64,000 bases of DNA from an uncultured Chloroflexia bacterium (GTDB lineage Bacteria > Chloroflexota > Limnocylindria > QHBO01): the NCBI GenBank assembly GCA_963760875.1, contig CAVXEH010000003.1, positions 199,572-263,571 on the forward strand, given 5' to 3'. This document shows positions 52,521 through 62,809 of the stretch, piece by piece; positions within the stretch are counted from its first letter, which is position 1; each line of letters begins with the position of its first letter. Below the pieces are notes generated by a model, which saw nothing but the letters and a program-made list of their open reading frames with translations, was not told the DNA's origin and ran no database searches. The position numbers and the translations under genes are program-made.

Positions 52521-53228
52521 CTAGATGTGGTTGATCTCGACGCGGTCGCCGCAGTTGGGACAGGTCAGGATCAGGAGCTTGGGGTCCTCCGGCAGCGGCC
52601 GCCACGAGGTCACGTAGCTCTCGTTGAGCCGCTCCCCGCAGTGCGGGCACTCGGACCCGATCTCCAGCCACTGGTCGCGCGGCACGTTCTGGCGGCCCAT
52701 CAGCGTGGACGCCTCGTCGCCGCTGTCCTGCACGGCGCTGGCGCCGGCGGTGGCAGTGCCGACGGCGCCCTCCACCGGTGCCCCGGCGGGGGCCGCGCCC
52801 GTGACACGGGGCGGCACGGGCTCCCAGCCGGCCTTGCGGCCCGCCGCGGCCGCGCCGTCCGCTTCCGCGATGGCGGCGCGGGTCTCCTCGTGGCGGGCGT
52901 CGCGGGCGAGGAGCGGGTAGGCGCGGGCGGCGTAGCCGGGCCAGAGGCCCACGCTGCCCTCGCGGATCATGACCATGGTCTTGGCGTACGTGCCAGTGAC
53001 GTCCCGGGTCGAGCGATCCAGGACCTCGTACGTGCGCCCGGTCACCTCGTGCAGGGCGTCCGGCAGGGTCTCGACCAGGTAGGCCGGGTCGGGGTCGCGA
53101 CCCAGGGCGACCTCGAGCGCGGCGAGCACCTGCTCGTCCTGCAGGCCGCGCGGCAGCGGGCGGCTGATGTGCGCCATGCGCGGGTCGCGGCTGGGGCCCT
53201 TCAGGGTCCGCACGAGGGACTTGAACAT
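52521..53228 (-). CDS. Hypothetical protein with a C-terminal zinc-ribbon (CPHCG...CPNCG)
   Basis: Start MFKSLVRTLKG at 53228. Two CxxC pairs at the C-terminus. The upstream track extension to 53474 is rejected. Confidence 0.45.
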   Translation of the reverse strand: MFKSLVRTLKGPSRDPRMAHISRPLPRGLQDEQVLAALEVALGRDPDPAYLVETLPDALHEVTGRTYEVLDRSTRDVTGTYAKTMVMIREGSVGLWPGYAARAYPLLARDARHEETRAAIAEADGAAAAGRKAGWEPVPPRVTGAAPAGAPVEGAVGTATAGASAVQDSGDEASTLMGRQNVPRDQWLEIGSECPHCGERLNESYVTSWRPLPEDPKLLILTCPNCGDRVEINHI

Positions 53229-53491
53229 CGGGAGCCGATTGTAGCGTCGCCCGGGGGCGGGTGGAGCCTCGCCATCGGTGCCGCCCGGGCGCGTGGCCGG
53301 AGGCGCCGCCATGGGGTCCGCCGGGAGCCGATGTGAGGGCGCCAGGGACGGGAACGGACCGCCACGACGAGCCGGGCTATACTGGACTGCCCGTGATGAC
53401 CTCCCAGGGGGACCCTGCGCATCGGCGCCACCTCGCCCACGCCCCGGGGACCCGTCCCGCGAGCTGAGCAGCAAGGAGAAAGCCCTTCATC

Positions 53492-54364
53492 GTGCGCGTT
53501 CGAAAAGCCGTCCTGCCCGCGGCAGGCTTCGGCACCCGCTTCCTCCCGGCCTCCAAGGCGACCCCCAAGGAGATGATGCCGCTGGTGGATCGTCCGATCA
53601 TCCAGTACGCCGTCGAGGAGGCGGTCAGCTCGGGCATCGAGCAGATCATCATCGTGATCGCCACCGGGCACAGCGCCATCGAGGACCACTTCGACTCCAA
53701 CCCCATCCTCGAGCGCTGGCTCGAGGAGCGCGGCGACATCGAGAACCTGCGCGCCGTCCGCCACATCAGCGAGATGGGGACCATCGCCTTCGTCCACCAG
53801 AAGGAGCAGCTGGGCCTGGGCCACGCCGTCCTGATGGCCAAGGAGCTGGTCGGCGACGAGCCGTTCGCCGTCCTCCTCTCCGACGACGTGATGCTCAACC
53901 CCGGTGGCACGCCGGTCACGGCACAGCTGATCGACACCTACTACGCCCATCGTGGCTCGGTCCTGGCCATCCATCGCGTCGCACCGTCCGACGTGAGCCG
54001 CTACGGCATCGCCGCCCCACGGCACGAGGAGGGCCCGCTCATCGAGATCGAGGATCTCGTGGAGAAGCCCGCCGTGGGGGAGGCGCCATCGGACATGGCC
54101 GTGCTGGGGCGCTACGTCCTGTCGCCCAAGATCTTCGACATCCTGGAGACCACGCCGCGCGGTGCGGGTGGCGAGATCCAGCTGACCGACGCGATCCGCG
54201 CCCTCAGCCACGAGCAGCCCGTCTTCGGCTTCCAGTTCACCGGCGAGCGCCACGATGCCGGGACCCGGCTCGGGTGGCTGAAGGCGACCATAGCGCTTGC
54301 CCTGGAGTCGGAGGATGCCGACGAGGTGCGCTCGTTCGTCCGGGGGCTCGACCTGCGAGACTAG
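53492..54364 (+). CDS. galU: UTP--glucose-1-phosphate uridylyltransferase
   Basis: KAVLPAAGFGTRFLPASKATPKEMMP signature. AAGGAGAAAG RBS. GTG start. Confidence 0.9.
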   Translation: MRVRKAVLPAAGFGTRFLPASKATPKEMMPLVDRPIIQYAVEEAVSSGIEQIIIVIATGHSAIEDHFDSNPILERWLEERGDIENLRAVRHISEMGTIAFVHQKEQLGLGHAVLMAKELVGDEPFAVLLSDDVMLNPGGTPVTAQLIDTYYAHRGSVLAIHRVAPSDVSRYGIAAPRHEEGPLIEIEDLVEKPAVGEAPSDMAVLGRYVLSPKIFDILETTPRGAGGEIQLTDAIRALSHEQPVFGFQFTGERHDAGTRLGWLKATIALALESEDADEVRSFVRGLDLRD

Positions 54365-54403
54365 AAACCGATACGATCGCCCGGCCGTCCTCGGCGAGGG
54401 CGG

Positions 54404-56053
54404 TTGCATGGGAGGACTGATCGCGTGGAGATGATCGGCCGGCAGATCGGCGGGCGCTACCGCCTCGATGCCCCGCTGGGCGAGGGCGGGATGGCCACGC
54501 TGTGGCGCGCTCTCGACCAGCAGCTGGACCGCGAGGTCGCGGTTAAGATCCTCCGCCCCCAGTACTCCGCCGATCCGGGCTTCGCCGGACGATTCCGCCA
54601 GGAGGCGCGGTCCGCCGCCTCCCTCTCCCATCCGAACATCGTCAGCGTCTACGACTACGGCACGGATCCTGACGGCGAGACCCAGTACATCGTCATGGAG
54701 CTGGTGAACGGCAGGGACCTGGCGTCGATCCTCCGCGAACGGGGACGGGTCTCGACCAATGACGCCGTGCAGGTCGCCATCGGCGTCGCCTCCGCGCTGG
54801 AGGCCGCCCACCGCCGCGGGATCGTCCACCGTGACGTCAAGCCCGGGAACATCCTCATCACCAACGAAGGCGACGTGAAGGTCACCGACTTCGGGATCGC
54901 CCGCGCGGTCTCCGAGGCGTCCATGACGGTCACCGGCACCACCCTGGGAAGCGTCCACTACTTCAGCCCGGAGCAGGCTCGCGGCGACGAGGTCACCGGA
55001 CGCTCCGACGTCTACGCCCTGGGCATCGTCCTGTACGAGATGCTCACCGGGCGCCGCCCGTTCGAGGGCGAGTCCGCCGCCGGCGTGGCGTTGAAGCGCC
55101 TGACGGAGGATCCCCCGAGGCCGATGATCGCCGGCCAGCCGCTCCCTCCGGGCCTGGAGGCGATCCTGCGCCGCGCCCTGGAGCGCGACCCCGCGCGTCG
55201 GTTCCCGGATGCCGGCTCGTTCGCCGAGGCCCTGCGCGCCTGGCACCAGGACCCCGGATCGGCGCCCGCAGGCCTGGTCGGGACGGCACCGCCGCCGCCG
55301 GCACCGCTTCCGCCCGCCGGGGAGCCCACCGTCTACGTGCCGCCGCCGGTGGCCCGCCCCTCAGACCGATCGCCGTATGCCGGGCCGCCAATGCGACAGG
55401 CTCGACCGCGGCAGCAGAGGCAGCCGTGGTGGATCTGGCTGCTTGCCGTGCTGGCGGTTCTGCTGCTGGGGGTGATGGGCTTCCTGGGCGCCCAGATCTT
55501 CGCCGCCCTGGGGCCCGGCAGCAGCAGTCCGTCGCCGTCGGTCGCGACCTTCGCGCTGCCGACCTGGGAGGGCGAGATGATCGCCACCGTGAAGGCCGAT
55601 GCCAGCGCCCGCGGCCTGATCGTCGACCAGCAGAACCAGCCGTCCGACACCGTCGCCAAGGACGTGGTGATCAGCACCGATCCGTCCGCCGGGTCGCCGG
55701 TCAGCAGGGGCGACCACATCACCGTGGTCGTCTCCAGCGGCCAGGACACCGCCATCGTCCCCACCCTCGTCGGCCAGACCCGTGACGAGGCGTCCACCAC
55801 GCTGACCAACGCCGGGCTGCAGCTGGGCGCCGTGAACCAGGAGTACTCCGCCGACCAGCCGGAGGGCGCGGTGACGCGCTCCGTCCCGGGAGCCGGCGAA
55901 ACGGCCGCCAAGAACTCGCAGGTCGACATCTGGATCAGCAAGGGACCCGAGCCGACGCCAACCCCGTCGCCGACTCCCTCCCCCACGCCGACCCCGGTCC
56001 CCACCCCGGTCCCGACGCCAACGCCGAGCCCCACTCCCACGCCCGGCCCCTAG
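54404..56053 (+). CDS. Hanks-type Ser/Thr protein kinase with C-terminal PASTA repeats (PknB-like)
   Basis: GxGxxG/VAVK, HRDVKPGNIL, DFGIAR and a TM segment. PASTA repeats are joined by a PT-rich linker. Confidence 0.9.
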   Translation: MHGRTDRVEMIGRQIGGRYRLDAPLGEGGMATLWRALDQQLDREVAVKILRPQYSADPGFAGRFRQEARSAASLSHPNIVSVYDYGTDPDGETQYIVMELVNGRDLASILRERGRVSTNDAVQVAIGVASALEAAHRRGIVHRDVKPGNILITNEGDVKVTDFGIARAVSEASMTVTGTTLGSVHYFSPEQARGDEVTGRSDVYALGIVLYEMLTGRRPFEGESAAGVALKRLTEDPPRPMIAGQPLPPGLEAILRRALERDPARRFPDAGSFAEALRAWHQDPGSAPAGLVGTAPPPPAPLPPAGEPTVYVPPPVARPSDRSPYAGPPMRQARPRQQRQPWWIWLLAVLAVLLLGVMGFLGAQIFAALGPGSSSPSPSVATFALPTWEGEMIATVKADASARGLIVDQQNQPSDTVAKDVVISTDPSAGSPVSRGDHITVVVSSGQDTAIVPTLVGQTRDEASTTLTNAGLQLGAVNQEYSADQPEGAVTRSVPGAGETAAKNSQVDIWISKGPEPTPTPSPTPSPTPTPVPTPVPTPTPSPTPTPGP

Positions 56054-56254
56054 CCGGGATCGACCGGCACAGCGGCGCAGCTGCGGTTGCCGGGCACGCT
56101 CCCGCATCGTCGACAGCCGGGAACGACGGGTTCCACCCCCATACCGTGGCGCGGTGGGCGCGTCGCTGCAGGTCGGCGAGCCGTGAGCGGTGCTAGCATC
56201 AGCGGACGCCCAGCTCGCAACCTGGCAACGCGGTGGAGGCACACAACCAAGACA

Positions 56255-56578
56255 ATGACGGCCCCGATCACGGTCGATGAAACGACCTTCGAGGCGGAAG
56301 TCCTGAACGCCGAGAAGCCCGTCCTCGTGGACTTCTGGGCGCCCTGGTGCGGCCCATGCCGGCTCGTCTCTCCGGTGGTGGAAGCCATCGGTCAGGCGCA
56401 CCCGGAGAAGCTGCAGACCGCCAAGGTGAATACCGACGAGAACCAGCAGCTGGCGATGCGCTACAGCATCTTCAGCATCCCCACCCTGATCGTCTTCAAG
56501 GACGGCCGCGAGGTGACGCGCCTCGTGGGCTACATGCCCCAGGAGGTGATGGAGGACCGCCTGTCCGGGTACCTGTAG
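56255..56578 (+). CDS. trxA: Thioredoxin
   Basis: WCGPC active site. 107 aa. The upstream track extension is rejected. Confidence 0.9.
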   Translation: MTAPITVDETTFEAEVLNAEKPVLVDFWAPWCGPCRLVSPVVEAIGQAHPEKLQTAKVNTDENQQLAMRYSIFSIPTLIVFKDGREVTRLVGYMPQEVMEDRLSGYL

Positions 56579-56615
56579 CGTGCTCCAGGCCGCCCGGCAC
56601 GAGCGACTGACCCAT

Positions 56616-56641
56616 GAGCCGGCCCCGTCGCGGGCCGGCTC
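56616..56641 (+). terminator. Stem-loop terminator candidate after trxA
   Basis: AGCCGGCCC cgtcgc GGGCCGGCT hairpin, followed by a CGCGTCATTT tract. Confidence 0.4.
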
Positions 56642-56731
56642 GCGTCATTTCGCGGCGCGACGGGGCACCGCCGTCGCAACGGCCGTGTCGCGCAAGCCGT
56701 TACACTCCGGGCACGGAGGAGAGCGCTGCCC

Positions 56732-57289
56732 GTGATCATCAAGACCGAACGACGGACCGGGGCCGATCGTCGCCAGGCCGGCGGGGCCGTCCCGCAGGAC
56801 CGCCGTGGTGGCGATCGTCGCACCATGTGCTGGGAGGTCGAGAACTGCGACCTGTCCATTCGCTACCGGTGCCCCGCCTTCATCCTGCGCCGTCCGTGCT
56901 GGGAGCTGTGGGCGGTGGAGGGTATCGGCCCGGCGCGGGCCTGCTGCCACAACGGGACGGACTGCGAGCCGGGACGCTGCGCCATCGCAGAGAAGCGCTT
57001 CGCCGGGTCGGCGGAGCCCCTCACCGTCCACGTCGGCCGGCGTGGCGTGCCCCTCGGCTACAACCGCCCGCGGCGCCATTCCTGCCCGCACTTCTACCTG
57101 ACCCACGGCAGCAAGGGCCGGGTGCCGGTCCAGGCGCCACAGCTCCTGCGCACCCTCATGCGCCAGGAGGGCGTCGTGAGCCGATGCGAGCTCCGCGCGG
57201 GCGTCCACCTCGACGGCGGCTACGTCACCGACCTGTGCCTCACCGGCCAGTTCCCCGACTGCGTCTTCTTCGAGGATGAGAACGGGTGA
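56732..57289 (+). CDS. Cysteine-rich hypothetical protein (13 Cys in 185 aa)
   Basis: Mixed-composition ORF. DRR repeats at the N-terminus. Cys pattern CWEVENC...RC...PC...CC...C...C. The opposite-strand ORF 56645..57304 is compositionally poor and is rejected. Confidence 0.45.
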   Translation: MIIKTERRTGADRRQAGGAVPQDRRGGDRRTMCWEVENCDLSIRYRCPAFILRRPCWELWAVEGIGPARACCHNGTDCEPGRCAIAEKRFAGSAEPLTVHVGRRGVPLGYNRPRRHSCPHFYLTHGSKGRVPVQAPQLLRTLMRQEGVVSRCELRAGVHLDGGYVTDLCLTGQFPDCVFFEDENG

Positions 57290-58652
57290 GCGCGCGCTGA
57301 CCACCTCGTCGCCCGCGGCGCTCGACTACGCCGCGGCGGTCTCCGAGCTCCAGGCCCGGGGTCGCTTCGGCGTGAACCTGGGACTCGAGCGGATCCAGGG
57401 CCTGCTGGCGGAGCTGGACCATCCCGAGCACCGGCTGCGGGGTGCCCTGGTCGCCGGCACCAACGGCAAGGGCAGCGTGGTGGCCATGGTGCGCGCGATC
57501 CTGCAGGCCGCCGGGATGCGGGTGGGGACCATGCCCAAGCCGCACCTGGTGAGCTACCGCGAGCGGATCGCGGTGAACGGCGTGCCGGTCTCACCCGAGC
57601 GGTTCGCGGCCGCCGTCAGCGCGGTGCTGCCGGCCGCGGACCGGGTGGCGGCGCGGCTCGGGCCGCCCACGGAGTTCGAGACGCTGACGGCGGCCGCCTT
57701 CCTCGAGCTGTCGGGGAGCGCCATCGACCTGGCGGTCGTGGAGGTGGGCCTGGGCGGCCGGCTGGACGCCACGAACGCCGCCGACCTGGGCGTGGCGGCG
57801 GTCACCACCGTCTCGCACGACCACGAGCGCTTGCTGGGACCGACCCTCGCCCGGATCGGGGCGGAGAAGGCAGCCATCATCAAGCGGGGCGACCTGGCGG
57901 TGACCGGCGTGACCGGGCGCGGCCTCGCCCCGATCCTGGAGCGGGCCGCGAGCGTCGAGGTGCCGCTGCGCCGCGCCGGACGCGGCCAGCCGTACGCCGC
58001 CACCCTGCGCAGCTCCGGCTGGGACGGCATCGTCGTGGACCTCGTCACGCCCGCGGGAACCCTGTTCGGCGTGCGGGTCGCCCTGCTGGGCGCGCACCAG
58101 GCGTCGAACGCCGCCGTCGCCGCCGCCGTGGCGGACGCCCTGGCCGACGACGCGGCCCGGCGTGGTTCCACACTGGATCTCGACGAGGGGACCCTGCGCC
58201 GGGGTCTGGGTGCCACCCGCTGGCCCGGGCGCCTGGAGCCCGTGGACGGCCGGCGGATGGGGCTGGGCCGCGTCCTCCTGGACGGGGCCCACAACCCGGC
58301 CGGGGCGCGCGCGCTGGCCCGGGCGATCGCCGACCTGGGAGCGGGTGGGGCACCGCTCCTCCTGGGTGCCATGCGCGACAAGCGGATCCGCACCATCCTC
58401 CGCCCGCTGGCGGCGGCGGGCCTGCGGCCGGTCTTCACGGCGGTGGACGACCCACACGCCCGGAGGCCGGCGGACCTCTTCCACGCCTGGCGGTCCATTG
58501 GCGCGGAGGGGGGCGAGGCGGTTCCCGGCGTGGAGCCGGCGCTCCTGCGCGCGGCCGCCATGGCGCACGGCGACCAGCCGGTGGTCGTGGCCGGCTCGCT
58601 GTACCTGGTCGGGGCGGTCCGCGGCCTCCTCACCGGCGAGCAGGAGGGCTGA
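57276..58652 (+). CDS. folC: Bifunctional folylpolyglutamate synthase / dihydrofolate synthase
   Basis: P-loop GTNGKGS and Mur-ligase-family motifs (LLDGAHNPAGARAL). Confidence 0.85.
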   Translation: MRTGERALTTSSPAALDYAAAVSELQARGRFGVNLGLERIQGLLAELDHPEHRLRGALVAGTNGKGSVVAMVRAILQAAGMRVGTMPKPHLVSYRERIAVNGVPVSPERFAAAVSAVLPAADRVAARLGPPTEFETLTAAAFLELSGSAIDLAVVEVGLGGRLDATNAADLGVAAVTTVSHDHERLLGPTLARIGAEKAAIIKRGDLAVTGVTGRGLAPILERAASVEVPLRRAGRGQPYAATLRSSGWDGIVVDLVTPAGTLFGVRVALLGAHQASNAAVAAAVADALADDAARRGSTLDLDEGTLRRGLGATRWPGRLEPVDGRRMGLGRVLLDGAHNPAGARALARAIADLGAGGAPLLLGAMRDKRIRTILRPLAAAGLRPVFTAVDDPHARRPADLFHAWRSIGAEGGEAVPGVEPALLRAAAMAHGDQPVVVAGSLYLVGAVRGLLTGEQEG

Positions 58653-58656
58653 GACC

Positions 58657-59508
58657 GTGGAGCTGCGCTTCGGGGAGAAGACCTGGCTGATGGGGATCCT
58701 CAACGTCACCCCCGACTCCTTCTCCGGGGATGGTCTCGCGCCGCCAGGACGGGCGCCGCAGGACATCGTGGCGGCGGCCGTCTCCCGGGCAGCGGCCTTC
58801 GTGGCGGCCGGCGCCCAGATCCTCGACGTGGGGGCTGAGTCGACGCGGCCGCGATCCGCGTACGGCGACCGGCCGGAGATGGACCCCGAGAGGGAGCGCG
58901 CCCTGGCGATTCCCGTGGTGGCGGCCCTGGCGGACGCCTTCGGGGATCAGGCCCTGATCAGCATCGACACCAGCCGCGGGAGCGTGGCCCGCGCCGCGCT
59001 CAACGCGGGCGCGGCCATCGTGAACGACGTCTGGGGGGCACGGCGCGATCCGGACACGGCACGGGCGGCCGCCGGGGCGGGCGCTCATCTCATCGTGATG
59101 CACAACCAGGAGGCCGCCGCCTACCCCGAGGGGATCGTGGCCGGGGTGATCGCCTGGCTCCGCGACGCGGTCGACGCGGCCGTGGCCCTGGGGGTGCCGC
59201 GCCATCGGCTCATCGTCGACCCCGGCTTCGGCTTCGCCAAGACCACCGAGCAGAACGTGGAGCTCCTCCAGCGGCTCGGCGAGATCAAGGCCGCCCTGGA
59301 CCTGCCTCTGCTGGTCGGGACCAGCCGCAAGCGGTTCATCGGCACCCTGCTGGGCGGCGCCCCGGCAGACGAGCGTGCCGAGGGCACGGCCGCAACCGTG
59401 GTGCTGGCCGTCGCCGCCGGGGCGGACATCGTCCGCGTCCATGACGTGGCCCACGTCGCGCGGGCCATCCGCGTGGCGGACGCCGTGGTCCGCGTCCGAC
59501 CGGAGTAG
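58657..59508 (+). CDS. folP: Dihydropteroate synthase
   Basis: GILNVTPDSFSGDG signature. The GTG start is 5 nt after the folC stop. Confidence 0.9.
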   Translation: MELRFGEKTWLMGILNVTPDSFSGDGLAPPGRAPQDIVAAAVSRAAAFVAAGAQILDVGAESTRPRSAYGDRPEMDPERERALAIPVVAALADAFGDQALISIDTSRGSVARAALNAGAAIVNDVWGARRDPDTARAAAGAGAHLIVMHNQEAAAYPEGIVAGVIAWLRDAVDAAVALGVPRHRLIVDPGFGFAKTTEQNVELLQRLGEIKAALDLPLLVGTSRKRFIGTLLGGAPADERAEGTAATVVLAVAAGADIVRVHDVAHVARAIRVADAVVRVRPE

Positions 59509-59519
59509 GGTGTGGGCCA

Positions 59520-59891
59520 ATGACCGATGTCGACCGGATCGCGCTGCGCGGCATGCTCTTCCTGGCGCGCCACGGCGTCACCCTCGAGGAGCGCATGGAG
59601 CCGCAGCCGATCGAGGTCGACGTGGAGCTGGCGACGGACCTCGAGCGCGCCGCGGCCAGCGACGAGCTGCGCGACACGATCGACTACTCCGCGGTCTTCA
59701 CCCTCGTGGCCCGGATCGTGGAAGATCGCAGCTTCCGGCTCATCGAGGCGCTGGCCGGGACCATCGCCGACGCCGTCCTGGGCTCCACGTCCGCATCGGC
59801 GGTCGTGGTCCGGGTGCGCAAGCCGCGCGCACCGCTCCCCGGCCCCTTCGAGACCGTGGAGGTCACCGTCAGCCGGTCACGCGAGGCCTGA
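59520..59891 (+). CDS. folB: Dihydroneopterin aldolase
   Basis: 123 aa FolB fold (GVTLEERMEPQPIEVDVEL...TIDYSAV). Confidence 0.85.
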   Translation: MTDVDRIALRGMLFLARHGVTLEERMEPQPIEVDVELATDLERAAASDELRDTIDYSAVFTLVARIVEDRSFRLIEALAGTIADAVLGSTSASAVVVRVRKPRAPLPGPFETVEVTVSRSREA

Positions 59892-59911
59892 GGCTCGCGA
59901 TCCCCGCGGCG

Positions 59912-61177
59912 TCAGCCGTTCTGGTTGGGGAGGGTTCCCAGCGTGACCTTGATGGTGCGCTGCGATCCGTCTCGCAGGATGGTGAGCGTGATGGTGTCAC
60001 CCGGCGCGTGCGGGATGATCAGGCTGGACAGGTCGTGCGTCTCGTCGACGCGCGTCCCGTCGATCTCGAGCACCACGTCACCGTCCTGCACACCCGCGGC
60101 CGCGGCCGGGCTGCCGGCGAAGACGCCGGGCGTGCTCGGGTCGGACGAGCCGACGAGCGCCCCGTAGTCGACGGACAGGTGCTGGTCCTGCGCAAGGCCC
60201 TTGGTGACGTCGGTGTAGTACACGCCGATCCAGGGGCGGGCGATGGGCTTGCCGGCCAGGGCCTGCGCCAGGATGGGCTTGGCGAAGTCGATGGGAATCG
60301 CGAAGCCAATGCCCTGCGCGTCCTGGTTGACGGCGGTGTTGATACCAATGACCTGGCCGCCGGAGTCCACGAGGGGCCCGCCGGAGTTGCCCGGGTTGAT
60401 GGCGGCATCGGTCTGGATGAGGTGGTTCAGCTCCTCGGATGACTGGTTGGCCGTATCGCCGGCGGTGATCTGCCGCCCCAGGCCGGAGACCACGCCGGTG
60501 GTCACGGTGTTCTCGAAGTCGCCCAGCGGGTTGCCGATGGCGATCGCCACCTGGCCGGGCTCCAGGTCGCCGGAGGTGCCCAGCTTGGCAACCGGCAGCC
60601 CCGTTGCCTGGACACGCACGATGGCAAGGTCGGTGAGGGTATCGATGCCGTACAGGGTGGCCGGGAAGGTCCGGGTGTCGTTGAGCCGCACCGAGAGCGT
60701 CTCGGCACCCGCCACCACGTGGCGATTGGTGAGGATCCAGCCGCCGGCGTCGAAGATGAAGCCGGAGCCGATGCCGTTGCCGGCGACGTTCGAGCCGCTC
60801 TGCGAGGTGATCGTCACCACGGCGGGCGCGACGGCCTGCACCGCGTTGATGATGGCGGAGGTCTCCTGCAGGCGGTTGGTGACCACGTTGGTCCCACCGT
60901 TCGACGTCTGCGCGGCCGGGGACGGCTGCAGCAGGTTCGAAACCGCGACCGAGCTCAGCGAGCCGGAGACGAGGCCGACCACCAGCGCCACGATGACGAC
61001 CGGAACGAGGCCGGGACGGCGCCCCTCGGGGGCAACGGGGGTCACGGCCGGGGGACGGGTCGACCACGCAGGCGCAGACCGCTCCCATCCGCCATCCGTA
61101 CCGTTGGGCGGGGGGCCGTAGTGCTGATACTCCACGGGGTCGGTCTCGCGCTGCTCCTGGGTCATGCTGGGCTCCAC
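59912..61177 (-). CDS. htrA: HtrA/DegP-family trypsin-like serine protease with PDZ domain
   Basis: TM anchor. Catalytic triad regions TNRHVV, D, and GNSGGPL. C-terminal PDZ. Confidence 0.85.
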   Translation of the reverse strand: MEPSMTQEQRETDPVEYQHYGPPPNGTDGGWERSAPAWSTRPPAVTPVAPEGRRPGLVPVVIVALVVGLVSGSLSSVAVSNLLQPSPAAQTSNGGTNVVTNRLQETSAIINAVQAVAPAVVTITSQSGSNVAGNGIGSGFIFDAGGWILTNRHVVAGAETLSVRLNDTRTFPATLYGIDTLTDLAIVRVQATGLPVAKLGTSGDLEPGQVAIAIGNPLGDFENTVTTGVVSGLGRQITAGDTANQSSEELNHLIQTDAAINPGNSGGPLVDSGGQVIGINTAVNQDAQGIGFAIPIDFAKPILAQALAGKPIARPWIGVYYTDVTKGLAQDQHLSVDYGALVGSSDPSTPGVFAGSPAAAAGVQDGDVVLEIDGTRVDETHDLSSLIIPHAPGDTITLTILRDGSQRTIKVTLGTLPNQNG

Positions 61178-61228
61178 ATCGTCACCCGCCCCAGTTGCGG
61201 GGGCGTCGCGGGGATGGTGAAGATTCGT

Positions 61229-62809
61229 TCATGTTGCCCGATCGGCTTCCGGCTCGCTGTCCGCGCCTCGGCGGGGCAGGCGGAGTCCGCGCCGGGAGGC
61301 CGGCTCCGGATCCGACGGTGATTCCGCCACGGGCTCCGGTATGCGCGGCAGGGTGACGGTGAAGACGGTCCCCTTGCCAACCGCGCTCGCAACGCCGATA
61401 TCGCCGCCGTGCATCTCGACGATAGAGCGCGCGATGGCCAGTCCCAGCCCGGACCCGGAGGCCCGCGCCTCGCCCACGTTCGTGCCCCGGTAGAAGCGTT
61501 CGAAGATGCGCGGCAGCTCCGACTCGGGGATGCCGGGCCCGCTGTCGCGGACGGTGATCTCCGCCGCCTCCGGCGCATCGGCCACGCCAATGGCCACCTC
61601 GCCGCCCGGCTCCGTGAACTTCAGGGCGTTGCCGACCAGGTTGTTCACCAGCTGGACCACGCGCTCCCGGTCGAAGCGAAGGATGACGGGCTCCGAGGGC
61701 ACGGCGGAGGTGAGGGTCACCTTGCGCTGGTCGGCGACCTCGGCATGCGCCTCGACGACCGCGCGGATGGGCTCGCGCAGGTCCCCCTCGCGGACATCGA
61801 GCGGGAAGATGCCGGCCTCGATCCGCGACAGGTCGAGGAGGTTGGTCGAGAGCCACTCCAGCCGGCTCAGCTGCTCGCTGGAGCGGGCGAGGAACTCCTG
61901 GCGTGTCGCCTCGTCGATGGAGCCCTCCCGCTGGAGCTCCGTGAAGGTGCGCAGCGCGGCGATGGGCGTGCGCAGCTCATGGCTGACATCGGCCACGAAC
62001 TCGCGCAGGCGGTCCCGGTCCGCCTCCAGGAGGCGCAGCGACTCGGAGAGTCGGTCGGCCATCACGTTGAACTGCGAACCCAGCTGGTCGATCTCGACCA
62101 CCCCGGACGGCAGCACTCGCTCCTCGAGATGGCCGTGCGCCAGGCGGCCCGAGACGCGGCGCAGGCGGTTGAGGGGCCCGGTCAGCTGCCGCGCCGCGAG
62201 CAGGCCCAGCAGGATGGAGCCGGCCAGGGCGATGACGCCGGCGGCGAGCAGCGTCCCGCGGACCTGTCCCAGGGTCGTCGCGCGCGACGTGTACGGATCG
62301 GAGACGGTCACCTCCAGGGCAAGCTGGTTGGTCGCCTGGCCAGGCGAGGTCGGGTCGAGCTCCAGGGTGAAGCTGACGACCTGGGGCCGGACATCGGGGT
62401 CCTGGGCCAGCCCCTGCTTGACCAGCTGCGTGGGATCCACCGGCGAGGCCTGGGCCGCCACCGTGTCATCGGCCTGGTGGCGGATGGTGACCGTCGCCTT
62501 GGCGATCTGGGCGCCGAACACGGCGGCGGGGCGCATCACGTTCCGGTCGCGCAGCTCCGGGGTGCCAATCGACAGGGAGCCATCCTCGATCGCCTGGGTC
62601 AGGGTGTTGTCGATGTACAGGCGAGTCGTCTGGGCCGCCGAGAGCAGCTGCTGCTCCGCCTGCTGCACGAAGTATCCGGGCAGGATCTGGCTGAGCGCGA
62701 CGCCGGAGAGCAGGAGGGCCACCAGCGCCACGCTCGCGAGGCTGAGGACCAGGCGGACATCGAGACGGCGGAGGAAGCCGGCCGTGACGTCAGTCCTCTG
62801 AGAAGGCAT
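61229..62809 (-). CDS. Sensor histidine kinase (two TM helices, HAMP, HisKA and HATPase_c)
   Basis: H-box VSHELRTPIAAL. N, G1 and G2 boxes (GGEVAIGV...DSGPGIPE...GSGLGLAIAR). Confidence 0.85.
   Translation of the reverse strand: MPSQRTDVTAGFLRRLDVRLVLSLASVALVALLLSGVALSQILPGYFVQQAEQQLLSAAQTTRLYIDNTLTQAIEDGSLSIGTPELRDRNVMRPAAVFGAQIAKATVTIRHQADDTVAAQASPVDPTQLVKQGLAQDPDVRPQVVSFTLELDPTSPGQATNQLALEVTVSDPYTSRATTLGQVRGTLLAAGVIALAGSILLGLLAARQLTGPLNRLRRVSGRLAHGHLEERVLPSGVVEIDQLGSQFNVMADRLSESLRLLEADRDRLREFVADVSHELRTPIAALRTFTELQREGSIDEATRQEFLARSSEQLSRLEWLSTNLLDLSRIEAGIFPLDVREGDLREPIRAVVEAHAEVADQRKVTLTSAVPSEPVILRFDRERVVQLVNNLVGNALKFTEPGGEVAIGVADAPEAAEITVRDSGPGIPESELPRIFERFYRGTNVGEARASGSGLGLAIARSIVEMHGGDIGVASAVGKGTVFTVTLPRIPEPVAESPSDPEPASRRGLRLPRRGADSEPEADRAT

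Noticed and set aside
52408-53228. tRNA-Glu as a possible genomic-island attachment site
   Set aside because: There is no integrase, no direct repeat of the tRNA 3' end and no compositional break nearby. The flanking genes are housekeeping (galU, pknB, trxA).
55960-56045. Short direct repeats (CCGACGCC/CCCACGCC...) that could look like a mini repeat array
   Set aside because: They encode the Pro/Thr-rich linker (PTPSPTPSPTPTPVPTP) of the PASTA kinase. There is no spacer and repeat architecture.
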